This document shows, one piece after another, positions 41,813 through 58,539 of a stretch of DNA of 64,000 bases. The notes under the pieces were generated by a model. The model was not told the DNA's origin, did not search any database, and was given only the letters and a program-made list of their open reading frames with translations. A program made the position numbers and the translations under genes. The stretch's first letter is position 1. Every line of letters starts with the position of its first letter. Location of the stretch: contig OX597842.1 in the NCBI GenBank assembly GCA_951406725.2, positions 16,244,001 to 16,308,000 on the forward strand, written 5' to 3'. The stretch is from Octopus vulgaris (taxonomy: Eukaryota).

Positions 41813-42162
41813 ATAATAATAACAATCACCGTCACCGTGACCGACCAGGCTATCAGATGTTGCTACACATCGCTGGTCACAATGCGCTTCGCATTGTTTT
41901 AGCCTTCAAATGACGCCACCTCACTGGCTAAGCGAACAGGCCAACAGAAGAAAGAGTGAGAGAAAGTTGAGGCGAAAGAGTACAGCAGGGATCGCCACCA
42001 CCCCCTACTCGAGATTCGTGGAGCTTTTTAGGTGTTTTCGCTCAATAAACACTCACAACGCCCGGTCTGGGAATCAAAACCGCGATCCTACGACCGCAAG
42101 TCCGCTGCCCTCACCATTGGGCCATTGCGCATCCCCATAATAATAATAATAATAATAATAAC

Positions 42163-42209
<47 letters not shown>

Positions 42210-42631
42210 CAACAACAACAACAACAACAGCAACCGTTTCTACTAAAGTTACAAAGCCTGAAATGTTGTGGGAGAGGATATATCCATATATGGATCGTAA
42301 TGGGAGACGTCTATTTCCATTGCTACATAAAAAAGGGACAAGAATAGAGCGAGAAAAATATTGGCTTCTTACCTGAGTTGAAAGTCAATATTCAGCCGGT
42401 CATATATTTCATAGTTACTCTGGTGGTGTGCTTTCGTCTCCTTCATAAAAATAAATAAAGCTACGTAAATAATGTATTTAGCTATAAACCTCCATCTGCC
42501 ACCAGTTAACTATTCTCAACCAATCAACTATTTACAAATTTATTCTTTGAATTGCATATATTTTAATACCTTTTCTCAATTGGTTTCACCTCTAACCACT
42601 TCTCTTTTGACACGCCGTATTTCCTTCTATT

Positions 42632-42737
<106 letters not shown>

Positions 42738-43499
42738 TTATGTATATATATATATATAATATATATAGATAGATAGTTAGATATATATATATATATATAT
42801 ATATATACACTGTGTAAATTTATGAGTGTGATAAAATTGAATCATTTATTAAAAAGAGGTCTGCGTGTATAATAAAAGTCTTGAGGCAGCACATTTTCAT
42901 ATATAACAGTGTATAAATATCTATGAACACAGCGACGACCCTTCACAGGATTTCTTACTTCTATTTCTACCCTGTCCAAGTTCCCCTTTTCCTCTCTCTC
43001 ATTCTCTCACTTGTACTTGTAGTCTTTCTCCTCCCACTTTCCCCCTTCATTTCTTCCCTTATTTTCTCTCTATCTTCCCATTGTTGCTCTCTCCCTTTCT
43101 TCTCTACGTACCGCTGGCACGTGACCCATGGCCAGCTTTCCGTCATTCTCTCTCTCTCTCACACTGTTCACTCATCTATTCGGTCACAAAAACTTCTCTT
43201 TCTTACTATTTATTGTCGCTTATATCCTTCAGGATTTCCTCTAAGCGTTACCCACAATTCATGTCTTTTGGCCCTAGGCCTATATTTTGCTCGTTTCCTA
43301 TTCGTCCATCGTCTTAAATTACATATTCTTTTACTTTTATATGTCCACTTTGCGTTGTTATGCATCCTTCAGGACCGACATTTTCTGAGCCTTTCGCAGG
43401 CACCTCTAATACTGGAAGTCCTTAATCTTATTATTAATGGTTCGAAACTGAGGATTACAATTTTGCTTGATAACTGAAGAAAATTAAGGGCCCCTTTGA

Positions 43500-44280
43500 G
43501 CCTTATACGTATACGTTTTTAATCTGTCGTTATATATTCACAATGCATTTTCCTTTATTATATATGTATCGTCCGCAAACATACACCCGAAAAGTGAAAC
43601 ACTAAGTTATAGAGCAGTATATATCAAAACTAGAAGAGGCCATCTTAAGGGATTACTTGGGGTTTCACGTCAATAAACGGCTGGCTTTTTGGGGTATCAT
43701 CAGATCCCAAAAGTTATTGGCTAAAGGCCTCTCTAGAATATGGAGGAGGAAATGAGATCGTTAGTCAATGTCAACAAAGGATATTGTCTCCCCTTTGGCT
43801 ATCAATCGCCGATGTCAATTTAGGGGCTTGTGTCCCTGTGGCTATCGATCGCCGGTGGCCCTGCTATTTCGTAGATTACAGTTGGTTAGCAGGAATTTCC
43901 CGAAATGCAAGCATGGTTCAAAGAACTCCGATCTGTAGTTCAGGGTATTCCCTAGTTTATGTGTAAATTCAGTGCTTGGTCCCGTTAATATAAAATCTTG
44001 ATTCTCCAAGATATTGTGTATGGGTCTCGTCGTCTATTAGCTGCCATACCTGAGTGGCTAATGACGTGCCGAATTCCTCTTCCGGTATACTGAATGAGGA
44101 TCTCTGGTTGGAAAGGCGTTGTATCAACGAATTCCTGGAACAGCCGCTTATGTCCTTGGTCGGGTGGTACGCCTGTTTGTGTTGTAATAACCATGCAAGA
44201 GACAATAAGTCGACAAATACATGGACAGGTTTCCAACATCACCACAATATTCCTTCATCTCTCTAGAGGTTTCACGCTAT
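43500..44280 (-). mobile_element. Penelope-like element, degenerate GIY-YIG C-terminal part
   Basis: TSLATQVWQLID, YTISWRI and LNYRSEFFEPCLHFGKFLL resemble the Penelope C-terminus (LNxRxE...CxH..KFLL). Confidence 0.65.
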
Positions 44281-44589
44281 TTCTTTTATCTCTCTATTTC
44301 TTCTCTCTAGATTTTAGATTCTCTCAGTTTCCATTTCCCGTTTCTTTTGCTTGGATTCTTACGGTCAGTCATATTCCTTTGCTAATATTAGCACACTTTC
44401 CAGCATTAAACATTGTTCGAAAATTCCACGCCCGAAACCTCGTGGAATCCTTTGTCGAAAGCAGTGTCGCCCAAATAGCTCCCCGAGGGGCTTTGACTAT
44501 TCGGCGTCATAAAAAAAAACTTTTGAATTTGGAAACCTTCGGTTGGTAAATTAATTCAACAAGATTTGTCAGCTATCAGTGTTTTCGTA

Positions 44590-44964
44590 ATCAATTTGCG
44601 TGGTAGACTTAAAATTAGATGGCCCAAACACATAAGCAATATGGAGCTATGGCAAAGAACAAATCAAGTTTCGATTACGGAACAAATATTTAAGAAAAGT
44701 AGAAGTGGATTGGTAGCACAATTATAAAAGACACAACAAATGTAGCGAAAAGTGCTTTGCAGTGGAATCCGAATGGATATAGAAAGAAGGGTGAGCCTAG
44801 GGACTCGTGGCGGAGATCAACACAAAAGGAACTAGAGAAAGGGGGACATTCATAGCAGAGAATTAATACAGAAGCGAAAGATTATGCGACATGGAATTCA
44901 ACTATAGGTGGCCTATACTCCGCGTTGGAGGGTTAACGCGAGGAAAGAAGAAAGAAGAAAAGAA

Positions 44965-44965
<1 letters not shown>
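44590..44965 (+). mobile_element. RTE LINE 3' fragment
   Basis: KWIGSTI...AKSALQWNPNGYRKKGEPRDSWRRS resembles the RTE C-terminus. Confidence 0.7.
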
Positions 44966-44998
<33 letters not shown>

Positions 44999-45093
44999 AG
45001 TTGTTCAATAAAGCCCGAAACATATGTACCGCTAAATCCTTTGCGTCCTGTTTTTCATTTACATCATTTGATACACACACACACAGACACACA

Positions 45094-45182
<89 letters not shown>

Positions 45183-45852
45183 CTGTGTGGTAAGTAGCTT
45201 GCTAACCAACCACATGGTTCCGGGTTCAGTCCCACTGCGTGGCATGTTGGGCAAGTGTCTTCTGCTATAGCCCCGGGCCGACCAATGCCTTGTGAGTGGA
45301 TTTGGTAGACGGAAACTGGAAGAAGCCTGTCGTATATATGTATATATATATATATTTCTTTACTACCCACAAGGGGCAAAATACAGAGGGAACAAACAAG
45401 GACAGACAAAGGGGATTAAGTCGATTACATCGACCCCAGTGCGTAACTGGTACTTAATTTATCGACCCCAAAAGGATGAAAGGCAAAGTTTACCTCGGCG
45501 GAATTTGAATTCGGAACGTAACAACAGGCGAAATACGGCTACGCATTTCGCCCGGCGTGGTAACGTTTCTGCCAGCTCGCCGCTATGTATATATATATAT
45601 ATATATAAGTGTGTGTGTATATGTTTGTGTGTCTGTGTTTGTCCCCCTAGCATTGCCTGACAACCGATGCTGGTGTGTTTACGTCCCCGTCACCTAGCGG
45701 TTCGGCAAAACAAACCGATAGAATAAGTACTGGGCTTACAAAGAATAAGTCCCGGGGTCGATTTGCTCGACTAAAAGCGGTGCTCCAGCATGGCCGCAGT
45801 CAAATGACTGAAACAAGTAAAAGAGTAAAAGAGTAAAAGTGGATATATATAC

Positions 45853-45934
<82 letters not shown>

Positions 45935-46003
45935 GAATGGATTGATATATGAACATATGTAGACGGAACATATGTAGACGGAAACTGAATGAAGCCCGTC
46001 GTA

Positions 46004-46049
<46 letters not shown>

Positions 46050-46284
46050 TGTGTGTGTTTGTGTGTCTGTGTTTGTCCCCCTAGCATTGCTTGACAACCG
46101 ATGCAGTGTGTTTATGTCCCCGTTACTTAGCGGTTCGGCAAAACAGACCGATAGTATACGTAGTGGGCATACAAAAGAATAAGTCCCGGGGTCGAGTTGC
46201 TCGATGAAAGGCGGTGCTCCAGCATGGCCGCTGTCAAATGACTGAAACAATTAAAAGAGTAAAAGAGTATATATGTGTATAGAT

Positions 46285-46740
46285 GAGCAGTATTTCAAAT
46301 CAGTGTATGTACATATTCGTATACTTCACTTTATACATGAATTCACATGTATATAGTTGCATGCCTAGTTGAATGTATACTTAGATAATAAATTTCTGGA
46401 GGGATTTAGATGTGGACAGATGGTATTCGAATCAGCTTTCTCTTGTCTGGTTTTGAAAAGTCTAACGTCTCAAGATTAAGCAGAGCGTTACGTATTCCAA
46501 TGCCCACAATAATTACAGATTACAAGTTCAGGTTTATACGTGAAATTATAATCTGGGTAGAGTAAGTGTAGAATTCTCAGGGGTTCAGTGAAGGCATTTT
46601 GTCTTTCGTTAATCTTAGGATTTATTTTAACAGCCGCTGGTCATCTGATTTCCACAACTGTTTCCACTGGGATATTCCATACCTACTTCTTCCTATTATG
46701 AGTGGTTATGTCTTCTATCGTCTTAGACGTCTTAAGATAT
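46285..46740 (-). mobile_element. Degenerate RLE-type LINE C-terminal relic; paralogue at 50697-51225
   Basis: PLRILHLLYPDYNF, LDFSKPDKRKLIR; the paralogue gives KLRFSKPETRKLIRRLQFQATYGSVKMKTF. Confidence 0.55.
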
Positions 46741-46754
46741 ATGAATGAACGCAC

Positions 46755-47169
46755 TTATGTATGTATGCATGCATGTATGTATGTATGAATGTATGTGTGT
46801 GTATGTGTGTATGTATGGATGTACGTTTGTATATATGCATGTATGTATGAAAGTATGTACGTATGTATGTACGTATGTACGTATGTATGTACGTATGTAC
46901 CTATGTATGTACGTATGTATGTATGTATGTATGAATGTATGTATATATGTATGTATGTATGTGCGTATGTATGTATGTATGCATGTATGTATATATGCAT
47001 GTATGTATGTATGTAAATATTTATGTATGTATGCATATATGCATGTATGCGTGTATGTATGTATGTATGTATGCATGCATGCATGTATATATGCATGTAT
47101 GTATGTATGTAAATATGCATGTATGTATGTAAATATGCATGTATGTATGTATGTATGCATGTATGTATG

Positions 47170-47203
<34 letters not shown>

Positions 47204-47207
47204 TGTG
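46755..47207. repeat. (TATG)n microsatellite
   Basis: Directly visible. Confidence 0.95.
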
Positions 47208-47507
47208 CGGGTACAATTTATAGAGTTTCTATAATTCAAAAGCTGAATAACTCTAATTTCTTAGAGAGAGAGAGTTACGTGAAATATTTTGAGAAAAGGA
47301 TTGTCGACTAATTTATGACCAAAAGTTTTGTTGCTTTTCACTTGACTTAACGTTTAGAAAATATTTTAACAACCTGCCACTGCTTTGTGTGTCGCGCCTA
47401 CTGCAAAAAAGCAACACAATACTGTAATCATCATGATCATGATGACGATCACGATCATCGTCATCACCGTCGGCTTTATCAATATTATACTTACATACAT
47501 ACGTATA

Positions 47508-47554
<47 letters not shown>

Positions 47555-47921
47555 TCTTTCTCTCTTTTACTTGTTTCAGTCATTTGACTGCGGCCATGCT
47601 GGAGCACCACCTTTTAGTACTTATTCTATCGGTCTCTTTTTGCCGAACCGCTAAGTGACGGGGACCTAAACACACCAGCATCGGTTGTCAAGCAATGCTA
47701 GGGGGACAAACACAGACACACAAACACACACACACATACACATATATACATATATACGACAGGCTTCTTTCAGTTTCCGTCTATCAAATCCACTCACAAG
47801 GCATTGGTCAGCCCGGGGCTATAGCAGAAGACACTTGCCCAAGATGCCACGCAGTGGGACTGAACCCGCAACCGTGTGGTTGGTTAGCAAGCTACTTACC
47901 ACACAGCCACTCCTGTGTGTG

Positions 47922-47974
<53 letters not shown>

Positions 47975-48007
47975 ATATTATACTTACATGCATACGTATA
48001 TGGGTGC

Positions 48008-48045
<38 letters not shown>

Positions 48046-48052
48046 GTGTGTG

Positions 48053-48107
<55 letters not shown>

Positions 48108-48139
48108 ATTATACTTACATACATACGTATATGTGCGCG

Positions 48140-48172
<33 letters not shown>

Positions 48173-48319
48173 ATTTATATATATATGTGCGTGTGTGTAT
48201 ATGTGTGTGTGTTTGTGTTTGTGTGTGTATGTGTATCTATATACATACATAGATACAAACATATCTGTATGTATATCTCATATGTGTTTTATCTATGTAT
48301 GTATACATAGATAAAACTT

Positions 48320-48720
48320 GAATTCTACGCGGTTTGGATTCGTACAAAGTTTGAATTGTTTCCAAAGGAATGTTTGTCCATTCTTCAGCTAAAACAGTCT
48401 GCAGATCCTGTAGCTATGTTGGTGGATGGTATCGACTCCTTCCTTGTTTTTCTAAAACGCACCACAAATGTTCGATAATATTGAGATCTGGGAACTGTGG
48501 TGACCAGATAAGATGTCCAACTTCTCTAGAATTTTCCTCGTGCCATTCAGTAAAAATTTCAGCTGTATGAGTTAGTGCATTATCATCCTGAAAGATTGCG
48601 TTTCCCTTCGGAAACAGTTCTGCAACCATATGATGAATTTGAGCAGATAAAATGCTTAAATAGTCTTGACTATTAATTTTGCTATAAAGAGAAACCATTT
48701 GGCGGGCGAATTTTTAAGAT
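48320..48720 (-). mobile_element. Tc1-like transposase C-terminal fragment
   Basis: IFQDDNALTHTA...WSPQFPDLNIIEHLW; 36 residues from the second D to E (DD36E-like). Confidence 0.8.
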
Positions 48721-50437
48721 ATAGCTTACCCCTTGATCATCACAGGTTCGTTTCCGTTTTCAAGAGTTGTAAGAATGCAGTCTCGTTTGACCGGTGGTCG
48801 ATATCAAGCTATTCCCCTTCTCTCAGGACCAAGTCTGTGGGGTTTTACTGCACCCTATACGCTCCGCAACGTTTGTTTTTGAAAGTAGTGATTTTCTTCG
48901 CGTGCAGCCTTCCCGTGAAATCCGGCTTTATGCAGCTTCGGTGAACAGGTTTGTAGAAACTGGGTTCCCGAGGGGATTATTAATCCCTGCAGTAATTTTC
49001 GGATCTGTTCTTTGATCCTAGTTGTTTCCATTATTTTGTCCAACTCCTGAATGTGCGTGTGCGCGTGTCTATACATATTCATACATATATGCGCGTCAGT
49101 CATTGTTTATTTCCTGTTATTCCTTCCTGTCGAAGAGCGCAGGCTCAAAATGTAAACAAAATTTACCATTCTTTCCGAGCATCAATCTAATACACTTACT
49201 CGTTGCTCTTGCACCTACCCAACCCTTTGGTGCTTCTGTAAATTTGAACTATATATAAGTGCTTGTGTATATATGTGTGCATGTGTATATGTATATAAGT
49301 ATGTCTTATTGTTTGTTGGTCCTGCAGGGTGTCTAACAATCACCCCTTCTCATCAAGCAACCCTGGTGGAGTTGCATATTCAGTCGCCGATGATCCAACC
49401 AAGCAACAACGTTTGAAGAGACCAGGATAACGCATGGAAGACTGAAGAGAGATTTAAGGAAGAATGTTACGATCGAGAAGGTGAATCACAATTACATTTC
49501 TGTGTGCAGTTTGTGACTGACCAGGCCTTACTTATGCTGGGCTCAAATCTCATTTGCGTTCCCATGGAAAACGAATCTCCAACAACTAATCTGCCTCTAT
49601 ACCTGTGCACACATTTCCATGCAATGTACACCAGAATGTCTGAAAATCTAACGGAGGTTTCAAAAAACATATTAAGATCCACAAAGATCAGAACTTATCT
49701 GCAGCTCTTGGTGGTCCACATCGGATATGCAATCTATGTGGGTTTCTTTTCAAAACATTGACTGGTTTAAAGAGCCACATGAGATGCCATGATGGTTCTA
49801 AGGTGTATGTACAGGAGGCGGTCCAACTCGGATACCTTTCCTGTCGAAACAATCACCTGTTTCCGAAGGAGACAAGGCTTCTTCTTCATGTTGGATGGAC
49901 ATGTTGATTGTGATAGTGGAGTCGGGTGGAAGATGGTGCGGAAATACAAAGGATGTTGGTAAGTCTGTAAGAAACTAACGAATAACTTAGAATTCGAAAT
50001 TAGCCGAAAATTAAATTGTAACAGATACAAGGATTATATTCGCACATATGACGTGAATACACGTCTGTATAAATACGTTCATACTAGAATGTATTTATCT
50101 ATTTCTTCACTTACGTGGTTATCCATTTTTATATGTGGAGGGTGAGTTGCATTCTAAACGGCTCCTTCTTTGCAAGTTCAACATCACAGTGTATTTTTGC
50201 ATATGTATTATAACATATACTCTTTTACTCTTTTATTTGTTTCAGTCATTTGACCGCGGCCATGCTGGAGCACCGCCTTCAGTCGAGCAAATAGACCCCA
50301 GCACTTGTTCTTTGTAAGCCTAGTACTTATTGTATCGGTCTCCTTTGTTACGGGGACGTAAACACACCAGCATCGGTTGTCAAGCGATGTTGGGGGACAA
50401 ACACAGACACACATACATACACACACGCACGCACACA

Positions 50438-50512
<75 letters not shown>

Positions 50513-51314
50513 TTATACGATGGGCTTCTTTCAGTTTCCGTCTGCCAAATCCACTCACAAGGCCTTGGTGAGCCCGAGGCTATAGTAGAATACACTTGGC
50601 CAAGGTGCCACGCGGTAGGACTGAACCCGAAGCCATGTGGTTGCTAAGCAAGCTACTTACCACACAGCCACTCCTGCGCCTATAAATTATCATATCAATA
50701 GTATTTGAAATCATTACACGTCCAGATTTGTATAATTTGTTTCATGGATGTATTTTCATGTTTATATTTGAAATCTAGGTGATAAATATCTAGAAATGAT
50801 ACATTTCTGGAAAGGTTTTCATTTTAACCGACCCATAGGTGGCTTGGAACTGTAGTCGTCGAATCAGCTTTCTTGTTTCTGGTTTTGAGAACCTTAATTT
50901 CTCACGATTAGTCATTATGCTGCATATCCCAGTACTCCAACAATTACAGTTTACGAGTTCAGGTTTATACGTCAACTAATAATATAGGGAGAGTAACTGT
51001 AGGTTTCTCGAGAGTTCAAGAGTTGTTTTTAAGATCTTTAGCATTATGTTAACATCTGTTGTTCAGCTGATGTCCACAGCTGTACACAGATTCTCTTCTC
51101 CGACGCAAATCTTAACTGTCCCGTCGATTAAGATTATATTTTATTGAGCTTTTCACTGGGACATTTCACAAATACTCCTTCTTATGAGTGGCTATGGATT
51201 TTACTATCTCGCGGGTTCTTAATATGTGTGTATGTGTGTGTGATTTATTGAGCCAATACTTTACAAAAGCTGAATAATGCTTATTTTTAGAGAGGGAGAG
51301 AGAATTGTGTGAAA

Positions 51315-51703
51315 TCTATATATATAAAGCTGAAGTTGTCTGTGTGTGGCAGGTTTGGTAGCCTTCAACTAACACTATCTCTTCCGAGACCACGCCGCGC
51401 AAGTTGACCAAAGTTGAGAGTATGATAGAAGAAGGCTTGCTCTTCATTCCCTAGAAGATAAAATTCAAATCGGATCATGTTATGACGAAAAATTATCTAC
51501 ATCAAAAAGGTGCTTTTTTCTATGAAAATCCCTATTTTTTACGATTTTTTGACTGCTGTGTCACCATTTTTTGATGTATTTCAACCGGAAAAACGTTCAC
51601 TTAAAGTGAATAACAAGATACATAATGCAAAATTTTTACTTTTCAAAAATTCCAAATCTAAAGGGTGGAAGCAAACCCAAGCAACGCTGGGCGAAACTGC
51701 TAG
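51315..51703 (+). mobile_element. Non-autonomous Helitron
   Basis: 5' TC, 3' hairpin + CTAG, inserted between A and T with no TSD; the paralogous site at about 47281-47290 (GTGAAA|TATTTT) is empty. Confidence 0.8.
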
Positions 51704-52053
51704 TATTTTTATAAAGGAAGGTATGTTATTTTTTTCACCTGATTTAACCTTTAGAACCTACTTTAACACTGTTTTGTATGTATCGTTTTACTACAATGTA
51801 TCAGAATTTTAATACAAAATGGGTGACGCAATACTGCAATGCAGTGGTAAGCAATTAAAATCATCTCCAACGTCGTCGTCTTTAGCAATATTGTACAGAC
51901 ATACATGTGTGTGTATGTGTGCGTGCGTAGGTTTGTGTGTGTTTGTATGTACATAGATGGATACGTGTATAGGTATGTATTTATATACATGTCTACATAC
52001 TTCTTTATATATATATATATATATATACATACACAAACGTATAAAGTAACAAA

Positions 52054-52086
<33 letters not shown>

Positions 52087-52154
52087 GCTCACGTATACAT
52101 CCACATATACAAATATATACGTATATACAAATATACATGCATACATAAGTATAC

Positions 52155-52190
<36 letters not shown>

Positions 52191-52194
52191 TATA

Positions 52195-52228
<34 letters not shown>

Positions 52229-52458
52229 CATGTACGTATATATGTATATATTTATATATATGTGTATGTATAAATGAGTGTCTATGGGTAGAAATATGTG
52301 TGTGTGAATGTATATTTATGTGTATATAAATATGTATATATATTTATATATGTATATATATAGGTATGTATGTATATAGGTCTGTATATCTATGTGCATA
52401 TTTTCGTTGTATACATCTATATGTTTTATGTATATCTGTGTAAAAGTATATGTACTTG

Positions 52459-52502
<44 letters not shown>

Positions 52503-52546
52503 CATATACATTGACACACATACACACATATATATATGTATGTTTG

Positions 52547-52577
<31 letters not shown>

Positions 52578-53109
52578 ATATATGTAGGCATTTAAGTTTT
52601 GTTATGTTTTAGAGAATTAATTCAAAATATTGAATATTTTAGTCCATATTCTTGTACTTAATGTAAAAGACATCGTTATTTTATATATTTGATATTAATG
52701 CATATTACAAATAAGCTCTGTTCGTTATACTAAATAATTATATGTATAAATAAATTAATTTAATTCAATAATTAATTCGCGATAATTATAATGATAGTAT
52801 AATAATAAGTATAAATAAATTAATTTAATTCAATAATTAATTCGATAATTATAATGATAGTAATAATAATAATAATAATGATAATAAAAACAAATAGTTT
52901 TATTTCACTTATTAAATTTAATAACCACATTGATAATTATAGTTTCTATAGTTTGTAACGTGTATTCTTATTACAATATTACATTGTTACTTATGAAAGA
53001 ACTAGCATCATAGCATTATAGCGTGTTAATTTTTATGTTTTTGATTTATTATTAGTGTTGCTAAATATGCTTTGCTAAAATTGCTGTTTGTTTCTAGATA
53101 TCATCAGAA

Positions 53110-53600
53110 AAAGGTAAACGCATATAGGAATAAGCCTATATTTCCTCATCCGTACACTATCCCTAAAGTGGTAGAGAACTGGTACCTTGCTAACCTCCAC
53201 GAAAGAGACAGATATATTGGCTAACGTCTGCAACACAGCATCCTCACCCTGCGCTCTAATAAGCTGTTCTCTAGAAAGTAGACCTGAAGAGTCACTACCC
53301 ATTGAAGAGAAGTCATCAGCCTCTAATTTATAAAAAAAAATGATCCAAGTAAGTACCTGACAAATCACGAATGGATTCATTCGGCAAAGAAGACTTGGAA
53401 GAAATGTCTTTCGACATCGAACAAGTCGCTGCACATGGAGGAAAAATACCAGGAAAATCATCCTCCAACTGTTCTGTATTACCTGAACTCCCTGGAGAAA
53501 TAGTGAGAATAGGATCAACACCAAATTGGACCCACATCCCTCCCCTGTTCACTAGACGTCTCTAAGCCACAAGAGAAGGATTTAAAACTTAACAGGAATT
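53110..53600 (-). mobile_element. Gypsy-like gag-pol fragment
   Basis: FPGIFPPCAATCSMSK and LSREQLIRAQGED..L...YHFRDSVRMRKYR resemble Gypsy pol linker regions. Confidence 0.5.
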
Positions 53601-55097
53601 TCCTATATGGGGATTGTCTAGTTACCTTAGTTGTGTCTGACAAAGAAATTCCATGCTTGATTCGGAGAAAAGGAGTAACAAGGGGTTTCATTGGACCACA
53701 TCAGTGATAAGTAAGAATAAGGAGTTTATTAACAGCAGGCAGCATAGCTGTGACTGAGAAACAAAGAGGACCTGGTAGTATGTAGCATACTTTTGCTAAT
53801 TGTTTCAGATGCCTGTGTAGTCAGGTGCAAACAGTGACAACCCCTCAGAATTCTGTCTTCTGTCTAGCAGAATGTTGAGAATGTAATAGCCGGGGAGAGA
53901 GTGAGAGAGGGGCGGTGACAGACCGTGAGAGAGTATGAGAGAGAGATATGAATGAAGACAGTAAAAGGGAGAGAGGGATAAAGAGTGGAAAGAAGGGAGA
54001 GAAAGGAAGCAAGCAAGCAAGAAAGAAAGAAAGAAAGAAAGCAAGAAGGAAAGAAAGGGAAAGGAAGGAGATCAATTTCTGCCGAGGTCGACTTTGATTT
54101 TCTTCCTTCCAGGGTAGCTAAACAAGTAGCAGTTCTGGGGTCAATATAATCGGTTAACCCTTCCAAAAACATTACTGGTCTTGTACCACGATTTGAAACC
54201 GATATTTCAAGAACAGTTTTTTTTTATTTCCGTTTCAACATTTGGTGACTTTCATATTTATTTTTCGATTTCAACAATTAGCTTCATTACTGATTAAGCG
54301 AATATTATCAGCAATGAGTCACCTGGAAATGCAAAAATTATTTCAACTAAACAATGGGAACCAATTTTAAAAATAGAAACCAGGCATTAGTGATTAGAAA
54401 GTATGTCAAGTGTTTCATTTGGACGACCGAAATAAAAATATTGTTGTAAACAGGTTGATTATATTAAGATAATTTACCGAGTTTAGTCCTGTGATTCATT
54501 AAGTGTATAATATAAAGCTAAACTTCGAACCCAAATTTAATATTAATTGTTTTATATTTGAAATTATTTTTAAGTATGCTATGGTGCTCAAAAATAAAAT
54601 AATAAACGGTGGTAATATGGCAAACATGACTTTCAAAGTATAACATAGGTTTAATCTTAAACTTGAATATATCACATAACTTCTTTTATGTCTCATGTCT
54701 TTTTCTCTCAGCTCATTTGTTCTTTACCATTCATAGAAACTAACATTACACTTCCATCGTCACCACATTCCTTTCCAAACCTTCGCAGATCCTCTCCATT
54801 CAAGGCCCATCACTTGTTACCACGAGGCACATCGCTATGGCCATGTCACTGACAAACAAGCCATTTGTGGCCAGCAGACACAGTAACTCTCTAAACTTTA
54901 TCAAACCCCATTCTTACTGTGGCAACTATGTCCGCGAAAGACTCGTCCTCACAAATTATTCGGTACCCTATCGTTAAAACCTGGGGATTTCGATCAATTT
55001 ATCAATCATGCATTGTCACCACCACCACCACCACCACCATCACCACCACTACTACTACTACTATACACACATCTATACTATACACACATCTATATAA

Positions 55098-55136
<39 letters not shown>

Positions 55137-55431
55137 CATATATATATACATCGTTATGTGTGCTTTTATATATACATGTGCGTGTAAGTTCATACACATA
55201 CGTACATATATACATTCATATATAGAGAGATATCAGTGCGCGCGTGCCTGTGTATGTGCGTGCATTCAAAGAACATATACACATAATCGCATATACAGTA
55301 TAAGCAGGTGAACAACCATACACACAGAAGTTTATAGCAAAGTAACACAAACACGCACACATATTGGTGCATATACATACATATATATATATATGTGTGT
55401 ATGTGTGTGTGTATATGTATATATAGATAGT

Positions 55432-55469
<38 letters not shown>

Positions 55470-55507
55470 TACATATATATATATGTATATACATGTATAC
55501 ACACATG

Positions 55508-55556
<49 letters not shown>

Positions 55557-56079
55557 GTTACTGCGGCCATGCTGGGTCAACATATTCTAGGGTTTGGGTT
55601 GGACAAATAGAGCAGAGGACATTTTAAAACATCATACTTATTCCAGCAGGCTGTGCCAAACCAATGGATTATGGGGATGTAAGCACACCAGCACCGGCTG
55701 TAAATCGTGATGCAGGAAAAACAAGTACATAATAACATACGCACGCGTACACACACATATACACATATTTCATACACATGCACACACACACACTCACATA
55801 TATAATTATATATATATATATATATGTATACTTACATCTCTCTATATATATACAGACATACGCGAGAGGCTTCTTCCAGTTTCCCTTGACCAAATGCAAC
55901 TTGCAATGAGTTATATACATTCTTTGCACAGACTTGTATATGTGTCAATGCTGTAATATGTTTGGATAAATTCCTAACTATAGATGCACAACAGATACAA
56001 ATGTATATATTCATGCATACAGATATGTATTCATATACATACAAATCCTTGCATACCGATGCACAGATGTTGATGTATA

Positions 56080-56135
<56 letters not shown>

Positions 56136-56176
56136 CGTTTATAAATATGTATGTATATATATGTGTGTGTAGGTAA

Positions 56177-56213
<37 letters not shown>

Positions 56214-56836
56214 TATAATCAAAAAGTGTAATAACATAGATTATTATTACCAGCGTCCTAGTACAAAAGATGAATTAGTCATTAGACAAAATATCATTTA
56301 TATAGAAAATATTATTCATATAGCAATATAATTAAGGGCCCCCAAATAAGGATGCCTAGGGTTAGGGACACAAAAAAGGGATAAATTCATGGAGAGTGAA
56401 AATCAAAAACATTTACCAATAACGATATATCCCGGACTGATCAGTTTCTACCTCTTTCTAGCAAAACAGACAGAATATGTTTGCTAAAGCTGGTTTCGTC
56501 AGCGGGAGGCCTTTGTTAAAACGAGAAGCACAGAACGTTAGATCATGTGTTGATCTAAACGATTTGTAAATCTTAACTTTTCAAATCTCTGCGCAGACGC
56601 AAAATATACCCGGCGATATAGGGCATGCCGGGAAAAAATTTACGAACAAATCTATCAAGCAATATGTAGATATAATCAAAAAGAGTAATAACATAGATTA
56701 TTATTACCTGTGTCCTAGTACAAAAGATGAATTAGTCATTAGACAAAATATCATTCATATAGAAAAATATTATTCATATAGCAATATAATTAAGGGCTCC
56801 CAAATAAGGATGCCTCGTGCTAGGGACACAAAAAAA
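56214..56836. mobile_element. Direct repeats of about 165 bp (56214-56376, 56671-56836), Penelope pseudo-LTR-like
   Basis: Two near-identical copies visible, with a hammerhead motif between them. Confidence 0.6.
56430..56507 (-). ncRNA. Type I hammerhead ribozyme motif (Penelope-type)
   Basis: tcccg-CTGACGA-aacc...ggta-GAAA-ctgatcag-TC-cggga: 5-bp stem I, core boxes, palindromic stem III, GUC cleavage triplet. Confidence 0.65.
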
Positions 56837-57049
56837 ATATATGTGCAACTACGCTTGTATATGGGTATTTAAGTGCGTCAACTGCATATAGCTATACATA
56901 GCTTCGCCTCAGTTGAGATGGGTGAAACATCAATACCTGCAGATTCTTCTAGAAATCTCATTCACTTACCATCATAACTACGTAAAGTATATTTTTCTGC
57001 TGCTTTCGATGTTTCAAATACTTCACCATTTCTATTCCCATAAAAATGG

Positions 57050-58539
<1,490 letters not shown>

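Noticed and set aside
42373-42445. Candidate 5' UTR exon of the LRR gene (CAG|GTAAG donor on the minus strand)
   Set aside because: A single donor match without transcript evidence; cannot be supported.
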